Shown: positions 47,944 to 56,637 of the stretch, in pieces
How positions within the stretch are numbered: position 1 is the first letter of the stretch
Layout of the letters: every line of letters begins with the position of its first letter
Origin: Acidobacteriota bacterium
GTDB taxonomy: Bacteria; Acidobacteriota; Vicinamibacteria; Marinacidobacterales; Marinacidobacteraceae
Reading direction: 5' to 3'
DNA: 64,000 nt
Assembly (NCBI GenBank): GCA_022828085.1
Contig: JAJEIY010000016.1
Location: 19,765-83,764, forward strand
Made by a program: the position numbers and the translations under genes
Notes under the pieces: model-generated
What the model saw: only the letters and a program-made list of their open reading frames with translations
Database searches by the model: none
What the model was told of the DNA's origin: nothing

Positions 47944-49250
47944 GCCGTCCCCTCCCGCGGGTCCGCCTTCCGGCGCCACGCGACGCCGGCCGCGAGCGCG
48001 AGCGCGACCATCCCGTATTCCGCTACCGGCACCCACGGAGGGTGCCCGAAGGGATGGAGGTTCATGTCCTGGAGGTTCAGTCCGGTGGCATAGGAGAGCA
48101 GCACCGCCACCGAAGCCGTCCACGCCCAGAGGCTCGGACGGATCGCCGCAAAGGGCAACACCCAGAGCAGGTACCAGGGATTCACCACCGGGGCCAGGAC
48201 GAGGAGCAGGCCGTAGAGGCGGTCGCCCGGCGGGACGTTCCCGCCGGGATCCCGGTCGCGGAAGTAGAGCCACGCCGCTGCCGCAAGGAACAGCCCGCCG
48301 CAGACCACCCGGGCGGCCGCGTTCGGCAGGAGCGGGGTCAGCAGCGCGAAGACCGAGGCGTTGAACTCCCAGTCGCGCGCGAACACCACGAGCGCCGGGA
48401 GGTCGCTGCCCCCCTGCCAGGCGAACGGCAGGTAGAGGATCGCGAGCACTCCGCCGAAGACCGCCCCGTGGGTCCAGCGGATCGGACGCAGCACGAACGG
48501 CGCCAGCACCAGCGCCAGGACTTTCGCCGCCGCGCCGAAAGCGAGGAGCGCCGCTGCCGCGTGGAGCCGCTCCCGCTTCGCCAGCAGCACCGCGCCGAGC
48601 ACGAAGAAGACCGCGAAGCCGTCGGGGTGGGCCGTGAAGGCGACCTCCTTCACCACCAGCGGACACCACGCGTAGAGCAGGACGGCGCGGGGCGGCGCCA
48701 ACCGCAGCAGAACGCCGATCGTGAGCAGGTCGAAGAGGATGAAGATGACCTGCAGCGCCGCCACGCTGCCGGGCGCAACGCCGTAACCGAGCAGGAAGGC
48801 GAGTTGCGTCGCGGGGCCGTAGATGGTCGGCAGCTCCGGGAAGTTGATTCGGTCGAGGATTCCCTGGAAGAGCGCCGGGACCGCGGGGTCGGCGAAGAAC
48901 GCCTCCGGCGCCAGCCCGTACGGCGTGCCGTCCTGCGCGAAGCGGTAGCCGTCCCAGAGGTAGCGGAAGTAGTCGTCCTCGAAGAACGGCCCGCCGAACA
49001 GGCCGATCGCCCGGAAGACCACCGCCCAGAGCAGGAGCCGCCCCACCGAGACCCGGCCCGGCTCCTTTCCCGACCGGGCGTAGACCGCGAACGTCAGGGC
49101 CGCGGCCGCCGCCGAGACCAGCAGGAACGAAGCGACTCCCGGGTCGCCGGGGCCGCGGGCCAGCGACGCGAGCCCGAGGTAGAGCGCGGCGCACAGCGCC
49201 CCGGCGCCGTCCACCCAGGTCGGGCGGAACCGGGCGCGGGCCGGCGTCAC
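47928..49250 (-). CDS. polytopic membrane glycosyltransferase (GT-C fold, DUF2029/GT87-like)
   Basis: FFEDDYFRYLWDGYRFAQDGTPY loop motif followed by ~10 TM helices. GTG at 49250 overlaps the ATL stop (GTGA). Confidence 0.6.
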   Translation of the reverse strand: MTPARARFRPTWVDGAGALCAALYLGLASLARGPGDPGVASFLLVSAAAAALTFAVYARSGKEPGRVSVGRLLLWAVVFRAIGLFGGPFFEDDYFRYLWDGYRFAQDGTPYGLAPEAFFADPAVPALFQGILDRINFPELPTIYGPATQLAFLLGYGVAPGSVAALQVIFILFDLLTIGVLLRLAPPRAVLLYAWCPLVVKEVAFTAHPDGFAVFFVLGAVLLAKRERLHAAAALLAFGAAAKVLALVLAPFVLRPIRWTHGAVFGGVLAILYLPFAWQGGSDLPALVVFARDWEFNASVFALLTPLLPNAAARVVCGGLFLAAAAWLYFRDRDPGGNVPPGDRLYGLLLVLAPVVNPWYLLWVLPFAAIRPSLWAWTASVAVLLSYATGLNLQDMNLHPFGHPPWVPVAEYGMVALALAAGVAWRRKADPREGTACTAA

Positions 49251-49645
49251 GGGGAGGCTTCCCCGTCGGGGAAGAAGAACGCGTCCGAATCCGGGGGGTC
49301 GAAGAGGCACCGGTCGAGACGCACGCGGCCCCGCTCGTCGAAGGGGACGCCTTCCCGGGCGAGCAGACCCCGCTGCCGGCCCGGCTCGCAGTTCCCGCTC
49401 AGTTCGGCGGAGAGCGCGCCCTCGGCGTTCACCACCCGGTGCCAGGGCACACCCTCGGGAGAGTTCCGGAGCGCCCAGCCGGCCGCCCGCGCCGAGAGCG
49501 GATACCCGGCGGCGGTGACCGCGCGCGCCACCCGGCCGTAAGTGGTCACCCGCCCGTGCGGGACCCGCCGGACGACCGCGTGGACGCGCCGGAACTTGCC
49601 CTCGCTCCCCGCGATGGGAAACGGCGCCGGTGGCGGAAGCGGCAT
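49247..49645 (-). CDS. alkyltransferase-like (ATL) protein, MGMT DNA-binding domain with Trp in place of the acceptor Cys
   Basis: VPHGRVTTYGRVA ... VPWHRVVNAEG, i.e. PWHRV instead of PCHRV. Confidence 0.75.
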   Translation of the reverse strand: MPLPPPAPFPIAGSEGKFRRVHAVVRRVPHGRVTTYGRVARAVTAAGYPLSARAAGWALRNSPEGVPWHRVVNAEGALSAELSGNCEPGRQRGLLAREGVPFDERGRVRLDRCLFDPPDSDAFFFPDGEASP

Positions 49646-49797
49646 CACCGGCGCCCGTCCGGGAACCCCGGCGGGAAAGCGCCGCGGCGGAGGCAAATGT
49701 GGTACAAGCGGTGTTCGTCCCTTCCGCCGGCCGAGGGCAGCCATCCGATCCTATCCTGCGGAGGACGCGGCGCCGCACGCCAACCGGAGGCCCCACC

Positions 49798-51738
49798 ATG
49801 ACCTCGCCGAAGAAGACGTACCGCCCGTTCGGAGACGGCGTCAGCCGCCGCGATTTCCTGTCCGGAGTTCCGGTCGCCCTCACCGGGGCGGCCCTCGCCT
49901 GCCGCGAGGTCCCGGAGTTCCAGGCGGAGATCGATCGCGCGGGCGCCGCGGACTACCCGCCCCTGCGCACCGGGATGCGCGGCTCCCACGACGGTTCGTT
50001 CGAGGTCGCCCACCAGTTTGCCCACGAGGGCCGCGAGTGGACCGCGACGGACACCGGAGAGACGTACGACCTCGTGGTGGTGGGCGCCGGGATCTCGGGG
50101 CTCGCCGCCGCGCACTACTTCGCGAAGCAGGCCGGCCCGGACGCCCGCATCCTGCTCCTCGACAACCACGACGACTTCGGCGGCCACGCCAAACGCAACG
50201 AGTTCCGGCTCGACGGCCGCACGTACCTGATGAACGGCGGCACCCTGAACGTGGAAGCGCCTTCGCAGTACGGCGAGATCGCGGAGGGCCTGCTCAAGGA
50301 GATCGGGATCGACCGGAAGCGCTACTACGAGTCCGTCGCCGCGGTCTCGGACACCTACGGCAACCTGGGCCTCCAGCGGGCCATGTTCTTCGACCGCGAG
50401 ACCTGGGGGACGGACCAGTTGGTCGCCGGCGCCGGACGGCGGCCGCTCGCGGAGTTCCTCGCCGACTCGCCGATGCCGGAAGCGGTGCGGAACGACCTGA
50501 TCCGGCTCCATTCCGACGGGCAACCGGACTATCTCCCGGATCTCTCCCCCGCGGAAAAGAAGACGTTCCTGGCCACCATCAGCTACCAGGATTTCCTGAT
50601 CGAGCACGCGAAGTGCGACCCCGGCGTGGCCTGGTTCTTCGACCACCAACCCAAGGGCCTCTTCTGCACCGGGATCGACGCCTACCCGGCCCGCTACGCG
50701 TGGGAAGAGGGGTTGCCGGGCTTTTCGGGGATGGAGATTCCGGAGACGCCGCCGGAGGCGCTCGCTGACGAGCCGGGCGGCCAGCACGGCCGGGAGAACC
50801 AGGCCCGCGCGAACGAGGGCGATCCGGACCTCTACTTCCCGGACGGGAACGCCACGATCACCCGGCTGCTGGTGCGGGGGCTCATCCCGAGCGCCATCCC
50901 GGGATCCACGATGGAAGACGTGGTGATGGCGCCGCTCGACTACGGGATGCTCGACCGGCCGGAGAACCGGACGCGGATCCGGCTGTCCTCGACGGTCATC
51001 CGGGTGGAGCCCGGTGAGAACGGCCCGGCCCGCGTCACCTACGTGCGGGACGACCGGGGGCGCACCGTGGCCGCCGGGAGGGTCGTCCTGGCGTGCTGGC
51101 ACAACATCATTCCCTACCTGATTCCCGAACTGCCGAAAGCCCAGCGGGACGCGCTCTCCTGGCCGGTGAAGTCGCCGCTCCAGTACACGAGCGTGCTGCT
51201 CCACAACTGGCGCGCGTTCACCGAAGCCGGGGTCTCTTCCATCGCGGCCCCCGGCGGTTACCACACCTCCATCGGGCTCGCTCCGCAGCTCGCGCTCGGC
51301 GACTACCGCACCTCGACCTCGCCGGATGAGCCGCTGGTGGTGCGGATGAACCGATATCCGTGCGAGCCCGGGCTCTCCCGGCGCGAGCAGCACCGGATCG
51401 GCCGGATGGAGCTCCTCCACACCACCTTCGAGACGGTGGAGGCCAACATCCGCGACCAGCTCAACCGGATGCTCGGCCGGAGCGGCTTCGACGACCAGCG
51501 GGACATCGCGGCGATCACCGTGAACCGCTGGCCGCACGGCTACACCTATTCCTACAACCCCCTCTTCGATCCCCCGGAGTGGTCCTTCGGGACCCCGGAC
51601 GACCGGCCGAACATTCCCGCCCGGCAGCCCTTCGGGCGGATCGCCATCGCCGGGACCGACTCGGCGGCGAGTCCACACACCGACGCCGCCATCCGGGAGG
51701 CGCACCGGGCGGTCGCCGAGGTCCTCGCCGCGGACTGA
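49798..51738 (+). CDS. Tat-exported FAD-dependent amine-oxidase-family oxidoreductase
   Basis: Twin-arginine leader (SRRDFLSGVPVALTGAALA) and dinucleotide fold (YDLVVVGAGISGLAAAHYF ... LLDNHDDFGGHAKRNEF). Confidence 0.8.
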   Translation: MTSPKKTYRPFGDGVSRRDFLSGVPVALTGAALACREVPEFQAEIDRAGAADYPPLRTGMRGSHDGSFEVAHQFAHEGREWTATDTGETYDLVVVGAGISGLAAAHYFAKQAGPDARILLLDNHDDFGGHAKRNEFRLDGRTYLMNGGTLNVEAPSQYGEIAEGLLKEIGIDRKRYYESVAAVSDTYGNLGLQRAMFFDRETWGTDQLVAGAGRRPLAEFLADSPMPEAVRNDLIRLHSDGQPDYLPDLSPAEKKTFLATISYQDFLIEHAKCDPGVAWFFDHQPKGLFCTGIDAYPARYAWEEGLPGFSGMEIPETPPEALADEPGGQHGRENQARANEGDPDLYFPDGNATITRLLVRGLIPSAIPGSTMEDVVMAPLDYGMLDRPENRTRIRLSSTVIRVEPGENGPARVTYVRDDRGRTVAAGRVVLACWHNIIPYLIPELPKAQRDALSWPVKSPLQYTSVLLHNWRAFTEAGVSSIAAPGGYHTSIGLAPQLALGDYRTSTSPDEPLVVRMNRYPCEPGLSRREQHRIGRMELLHTTFETVEANIRDQLNRMLGRSGFDDQRDIAAITVNRWPHGYTYSYNPLFDPPEWSFGTPDDRPNIPARQPFGRIAIAGTDSAASPHTDAAIREAHRAVAEVLAAD

Positions 51739-51755
51739 GGGAACGGCCGGCCGGC

Positions 51756-52439
51756 GTGACGTTCGAGGCGCGGGTGGGGACCGCGATCCTCGAGGCCTTC
51801 GCGGCGACGGGAGACCCACCGTCGCCCGCCGGCGTCGCCGGGCGGCTGGGATCGGACGTCGAGCCGGTCCTCGCGGCCTGGGACCGCCTCCGGGGGGGCC
51901 GGGCGATCGTCACCGGGGAGGACGGAGTCTCGATCCGGATGGCGAACCCCTTCTCGGGGATTTCCACGGAACACACCTTCGAGTCCGCGGGAATCCGCTA
52001 CTACGCGAACTGCGCCTGGGACGCGCTTGGGATTCCCGCGGCGCTCGGGCGCGGCGGGACCGTCCGGTCGCGCTGCGCGCACTCCGGAGAATCCCTGCGG
52101 CTCGAAGTAACCGACGATGGCCCGGAGGACTGTGACTGGCTCTTCCACTCGCTCGTCCCGGCGGCGCACTGGTGGGACGACATCGTCTTCACCTGAGCGA
52201 ACATGCTGTTCTTCCGGTCGGAAGACGACCTCCGCGCCTGGTGCCGGGAGCGCGGCGTCGAGCCGGGGCCGATGGTGCCGGTGCCCCAACTCTGGCGCCT
52301 GTCACGGGTCTGGTACGGCTCCCGGCTCGATCCCGAAGCGCCGCGGCCCTCTCCCGGAGAGGCTCGCGCTATCTTCGCCGGCCTGGGGCTGACCGGGAAC
52401 TTCTGGGACCCGGTCCCCCGTCAGGAGCACACGCCATGA
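51756..52439 (+). CDS. organomercurial-lyase (MerB)-family protein with an in-frame TGA at the catalytic-Cys position (candidate selenoprotein; alternatively a nonsense pseudogene)
   Basis: ORF-track entries 51360..52196 and 52203..52439 share one frame and are separated only by TGA 52194-52196. YANCAWDALGIPAALGR and IVFT-TGA-ANMLFFRSEDDLRAW align to the MerB Cys96/Asp99 and Cys159 regions. The stop overlaps the next gene's start (ATGA). Confidence 0.6.
52207..52227 (+). promoter_or_regulatory. SECIS-like hairpin downstream of the in-frame UGA
   Basis: UG-(bulged U)-UCUUCC-[GGUC]-GGAAGA-CG. The GGUC loop is at +23..+26 counted from the U of the UGA. Confidence 0.5.
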
Positions 52440-53782
52440 CTGACAAGCGATCCGGACTGACCCGCAGGCAACTGCTGGCCGCGGGAGCGGGGGCGGCGGC
52501 CGCCGGCCCCGCGCTCGCGGGCGTCCAGGCGGCGCCAACCGGTCTCCTGGCCGCGCCGAAGATCCCGAACGTCCGCATCGGCTTCGTCGGCGTGGGCGGC
52601 ATGGGGACGGTCCACGTCCGCAACCTGCTCGCAGTGAACGAAGCGTCTCCCGGGGTCGAGATGCGGGCGGTCTGCGACATCCGGCCCGAGCACGCGGAGC
52701 GGGCGCGGGACTTCATCCGGGAGGCCGGCGGACCGGAACCCACGCTCTACACCCGGGGAGAACGGGACTACGAGCGGATGTGCGCCGAGGAGGAACTCGA
52801 CCTCGTCTTCACCGCCACGCCCTGGCGATTCCACGTCCCGGTGTGCGTCGCGGCGATGGAAAACGGCAAGCACGCGGCCACCGAGGTGCCGGCGGCGACC
52901 ACCATCGACGAGTGCTGGCAGCTCGTCGAGACCGCGGAACGGACCGGCCGCCACTGCGTGATGATGGAGAACTGCAACTACAACCGGTGGGAAATGATGG
53001 TGTTCCACATGGTCCGGTTGGGGATCTTCGGGGAGGTTCTCCACGCCGAGGGGGGCTATCTCCACGACCTCCGCGAGGTGAAGTTCGCGAATCGCGGCGA
53101 GGGACTCTGGCGGCGGGCGCACTCGCGCACCCGCGACGCGAATCTCTACCCGACCCACGGGCTCGGGCCGGTGGCGAACTGCATGGACATCGGCCGCGGG
53201 GACCGCTTCGACTACCTCGTGTCCATGAGCGGACCGTCACGCGGCCTTCAGGACTACGCGCGGGAACACTTCCCGGAGGGCGCGCCGCAGCGGGCCGAGG
53301 AGTTCCGGCTCGGGGACGTGAACCTGAGCCTCATCAGGACGGCGCGGGGCCGGACGATCACCGTGGTCCACGACACGAACCTGCCCCGTCCCTACAGCCG
53401 CATCAACCTGGTCCAGGGCACCCGGGGCATCTTCCAGGGATATCCGAACCGGGTCTACGTCGAGGGGCGGAGCGAGTCGCATCGCTGGGACGATGCCGAG
53501 ACCTGGTACGAGGAGTACGCGCACCCGCTCTGGCGGAACGTCGCGAGCCCCGGCGAGGAACTCGGCCACGGGCGGATGGACTACCTCGAGGACTACCGCC
53601 TGGTCCGCTGTCTCCAGGAGGGCCTGCCGACCGAGATGAACGTCTACGACGCGGCGGCGCTCTCGGCGGTCACCGACCTCAGCGAACGTTCGGTGGCCGA
53701 CCGCAGCCGGCCGATGGACTTTCCGGACTTCACCCGGGGCGGCTGGGAGACGTTCGAGAAGCTGCCGGTCGTCACGGACTGA
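52436..53782 (+). CDS. Tat-exported Gfo/Idh/MocA-family oxidoreductase (GH109-like)
   Basis: Twin-arginine leader (LTRRQLLAAGAGAAAAGPALA), Rossmann fold (VRIGFVGVGGMG) and central EVPAATTIDECWQLVE. Confidence 0.82.
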   Translation: MTDKRSGLTRRQLLAAGAGAAAAGPALAGVQAAPTGLLAAPKIPNVRIGFVGVGGMGTVHVRNLLAVNEASPGVEMRAVCDIRPEHAERARDFIREAGGPEPTLYTRGERDYERMCAEEELDLVFTATPWRFHVPVCVAAMENGKHAATEVPAATTIDECWQLVETAERTGRHCVMMENCNYNRWEMMVFHMVRLGIFGEVLHAEGGYLHDLREVKFANRGEGLWRRAHSRTRDANLYPTHGLGPVANCMDIGRGDRFDYLVSMSGPSRGLQDYAREHFPEGAPQRAEEFRLGDVNLSLIRTARGRTITVVHDTNLPRPYSRINLVQGTRGIFQGYPNRVYVEGRSESHRWDDAETWYEEYAHPLWRNVASPGEELGHGRMDYLEDYRLVRCLQEGLPTEMNVYDAAALSAVTDLSERSVADRSRPMDFPDFTRGGWETFEKLPVVTD

Positions 53783-53842
53783 TCAGGGCGCGCCGACGGA
53801 TGGATCCGCCGGCGATGGGACGAGAAGTCCCTTCAGCCGGCT

Positions 53843-53880
53843 CCGATATCGACGCCGGTGGACCCGATATCGACGCCGGT
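53843..53880. repeat. two 17-nt direct repeats at 21-nt spacing, each containing the 8-bp palindrome CGATATCG
   Basis: CCGATATCGACGCCGGT occurs at 53843-53859 and again at 53864-53880, in a convergent intergenic gap. Confidence 0.9.
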
Positions 53881-53912
53881 CGGGAAACGGGCGCAGGCCG
53901 GGGGCGGGGCGC

Positions 53913-55322
53913 TCAGTTCTCGATCCCCGGGCCCGGGCGGACCCGGGTCTCGGGCGGGGTCGGCTGGACCGTCCCGTTGCGGACCACCCAGTAGCCGTCG
54001 CGGAAGACCTCCGCGATGTTGGCGAGCGCGCCCAGGTCGGTGAGCGGATCCCCCTCCACGATCAGAATGTCGGCAAGCTTCCCGACTTCGAGGGTCCCGA
54101 GCTTGTCGTCCATGCCGAGGATCCGGGCGCTGTCGCGGGTGGCGGAAACGAGCGCCTCGGTGGGGGTGAATCCGCTCTCCACGTACGACTCCAGCTCCCA
54201 GATGTAGGCGTAGGGGAGGTCGCGGTAGTTCTCGAGGATCAGGTCGGTCCCCACCCCGATCAGGATTCCGGCGTCCTTGAGCTCGCGCAGCATGGCCCGG
54301 CTGATCTCGCCGTCGAGTTCGAAACGCCGGGACGTCGAGCTGTGGTAGCTGCCCCGCTCGTTGAAGATGTAGTCGTAGGTGATGATCGTGGGCACCGACG
54401 CCGTGCCGCTCCGCGCCATCATCTGGATCACCTCGTCGGTGCGCGGCAGCGGGTGTTCGATGGTGTCGGCGCCCGCCTCGACCGCCCAGCCGGTGTAGAA
54501 CGTCTCCGAGTCCACGGTGACCTTGAGCCCGAGCGCGTGGGCTTCGTCCACCGCCGCGGCGATCTCCTCGCGGCTGTAGTGGCTCGCGATCTTGATCAGG
54601 TCGGCGCCTATCTTGAACTGCTCGCGGACGGCGTCCCGGAACTCGTCGGGTCCCGAGGCCTCGATGATCCCGCCGTAGAGCGGGTGGTGGATCGAGTACC
54701 CCTCGGCGCCGTGGCCGCCGGTGCCGGTGATGAGCGATCCCGCGGCGAAGACCCGCGGTCCCGGCAACCGGTTCTGGTTCACCCAGTCCTTGACGATGAA
54801 GGGCACCGTTCCGGCGGACCCGGTGTCCCGGATGGACGTGATCCCCGCCCCGATGAAGACGTGGAGGCGTTCCATCGCGCGCAGCGTCTGGTGGGCCGGA
54901 TCGATGGCCAGCACCTGCGGAACGCCGGGCTCGGTGTAGGTGAGATGGGTGTGGAGGTCGATCAGTCCCGGCATGACGGTGTGGCCGGAGACGTCGAGCA
55001 CCTGGGAGCCCTCCGGCCACCCCCTTTCGCCCTCGCCGAGGATGGCCGCGATCCGGTTCCGCTCGATGACGACGGTGCCGATGCGAGGCTCGGCGCCCGT
55101 CCCGTCGAAGATGAAGCCGCCGTAGAGGACCCTCGTCCCCTCGGGTCCGCGCGGGCCCGGCGGAGCGGGGACCCGGCGCGGGTCGTCGGAGGTCTGGACT
55201 TCGTTCAGGAACTGGCGGCGGTCCACCACCTGGCGCTGGGTCTCGGGAGGCTGGGCGAGGGCGAGCGGCGCCACGAGGGCGACGAGAAGGGTGGCGGCGA
55301 AGAGCAGGCGGGTACGGGACAT
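53913..55322 (-). CDS. secreted amidohydrolase-family metallohydrolase
   Basis: Signal peptide MSRTRLLFAATLLVALVAPLALA; VMPGLIDLHTHL metal-binding motif; TIM-barrel hydrolase pattern. Confidence 0.82.
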   Translation of the reverse strand: MSRTRLLFAATLLVALVAPLALAQPPETQRQVVDRRQFLNEVQTSDDPRRVPAPPGPRGPEGTRVLYGGFIFDGTGAEPRIGTVVIERNRIAAILGEGERGWPEGSQVLDVSGHTVMPGLIDLHTHLTYTEPGVPQVLAIDPAHQTLRAMERLHVFIGAGITSIRDTGSAGTVPFIVKDWVNQNRLPGPRVFAAGSLITGTGGHGAEGYSIHHPLYGGIIEASGPDEFRDAVREQFKIGADLIKIASHYSREEIAAAVDEAHALGLKVTVDSETFYTGWAVEAGADTIEHPLPRTDEVIQMMARSGTASVPTIITYDYIFNERGSYHSSTSRRFELDGEISRAMLRELKDAGILIGVGTDLILENYRDLPYAYIWELESYVESGFTPTEALVSATRDSARILGMDDKLGTLEVGKLADILIVEGDPLTDLGALANIAEVFRDGYWVVRNGTVQPTPPETRVRPGPGIEN

Positions 55323-55440
55323 GGGGACTCCTTGGCGGCTGGAGGGGCCGGTGGGGATATTTTGCCGGGTAGAGCGCCGCCGTCACTCGGGGAAGCGTTC
55401 CGAGCCGTGTGTGACGTGAGGGCGCGCGGAGTTACGACGT

Positions 55441-55492
55441 GCGCGGCGCGGAACGCCGCGCGTGCCGGTCGGAGACCGGCGTTCCAAGCCGT
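55441..55492 (+). repeat. REP/MITE-like element copy
   Basis: Hairpin GCGCGGCG-CGGAA-CGCCGCGC, then GTGCC, hairpin GGTC-GGA-GACC, and GGCGTTCCAAGCCGTG. A partial copy (GCGTTCCGAGCCGTG) lies at 55395-55409. Confidence 0.9.
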
Positions 55493-55503
55493 GAATGCCA
55501 CCG

Positions 55504-55534
55504 GCCCGGTCTGGAGGCCGGCGGTTCCAGGGTG
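55504..55534 (+). repeat. REP/MITE-like element, variant, in tandem with the previous copy
   Basis: GCCCGGTCTGGAGGCCGGCGGTTCCAGGGTG, ending 1 nt before the leuB stop codon. Confidence 0.7.
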
Positions 55535-55535
55535 C

Positions 55536-56588
55536 CTACAGCGCTGCCAACACGGCGTCGGTGATTTCGGTGGTGCCGGCAGTTCCGCCGAGATCACGCG
55601 GCAAGACGTCGCCCCGCAGGCACGCAGTGACGGCGGACTCGATGGCCGCGGCCTCCTCCTTCAGCCCGAAGGAGAGCTCGAGCATCATCGCGGCGGAGGA
55701 GATGGCCGCGAGCGGGTTCGCGATCCCCTGCCCCGCGATGTCGGGCGCCGAGCCGTGCACGGGCTCGTAGAGGCCGCCGCCCTCGCCCACGCTCGCCGAC
55801 GGCAACAGGCCGAGCGACCCCGCGAGCACCGACGCCTCGTCGCTCAGGATGTCGCCGAACATGTTCCCGGTCAGGACCACGTCGAACTGGCGCGGGTCCC
55901 GGACGATCTCCATCGCCGCCCGGTCCACGTACATATGATCGAGCCGGACCTGGGGATAGTCGGACGCGAGGCCCGCGACCACCTCGCGCCAGAGCTGCGA
56001 CGATTCGAGCACGTTCGCCTTGTCCACCGAGAGGAGCAGCCCGCGCCGCCGGCCGGCGGCCTCGAAAGCCACCCGCGCGATGCGTTCGATCTCGCGCACG
56101 TCGTACCGCAGGGTGTTGATGCCGACCCGCCGGCCGTTCTCCTCCCGGATACCGCGCGGCTCCCCGTAGTAGATGCCGCCGGTCAGCTCGCGCACGATGA
56201 GGAGATCCGCTCCCTCGATGGCCGCGGGCCGGAAGGGGGAGCTGTCGAGCACCCGGATCACCTTGATCGGGCGCAGGTTCGCGTAGGCGCCGAGCATCCG
56301 GCGCAGTTCCAGCAGCGCACGTTCGGGACGCTCGGCGGCGGGGAGCACGTCGTGGCGCGGATCCCCGACCGCCCCCAGCAGGATCGCCTGCGCGCCGGCG
56401 CAGGCGGCCCGCGTCTCGTCGGGGAACCCGGTGCCCGTGCGGTCCCAGGCGACTCCCGCGAAGTCGCGGCGCTCCACCTCCAAGTGGTGGCCGGAACGCT
56501 CCGCCACCCGCTCCAGTACGCGCTCCGCCGCGGCTACCACGTCGGGGCCGATCCCGTCCCCGGGAAGACAAACGATGGGCAGATCCAT
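55536..56588 (-). CDS. leuB: 3-isopropylmalate dehydrogenase
   Basis: IVCLPGDGIGPDV ... LLGAVG ... VRELTGGIYYGEPRG ... VDRAAMEIV ... NMFGDILSDEASVLAGSLGLLPSAS. Confidence 0.88.
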   Translation of the reverse strand: MDLPIVCLPGDGIGPDVVAAAERVLERVAERSGHHLEVERRDFAGVAWDRTGTGFPDETRAACAGAQAILLGAVGDPRHDVLPAAERPERALLELRRMLGAYANLRPIKVIRVLDSSPFRPAAIEGADLLIVRELTGGIYYGEPRGIREENGRRVGINTLRYDVREIERIARVAFEAAGRRRGLLLSVDKANVLESSQLWREVVAGLASDYPQVRLDHMYVDRAAMEIVRDPRQFDVVLTGNMFGDILSDEASVLAGSLGLLPSASVGEGGGLYEPVHGSAPDIAGQGIANPLAAISSAAMMLELSFGLKEEAAAIESAVTACLRGDVLPRDLGGTAGTTEITDAVLAAL

Positions 56589-56637
56589 GGTGGCCGGGGA
56601 TGGTAAACGGCTCCAGCAGCCATAGACTCACCCCGAA

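Noticed and set aside
52194-52196. Genome-wide reassignment of TGA (to Trp or Gly) as the explanation for the in-frame TGA
   Set aside because: Many confidently identified genes in this window terminate at TGA at the expected protein ends (e.g. hppA, nuoB, nuoC, nuoD, nuoJ, the CusB-like adaptor gene). TGA is therefore a normal stop here, and only a local recoding signal or a pseudogene fits.
53843-53880. Possible miniature CRISPR array
   Set aside because: There are only two 17-nt units with a 4-nt spacer, no cas genes and no further repeats.
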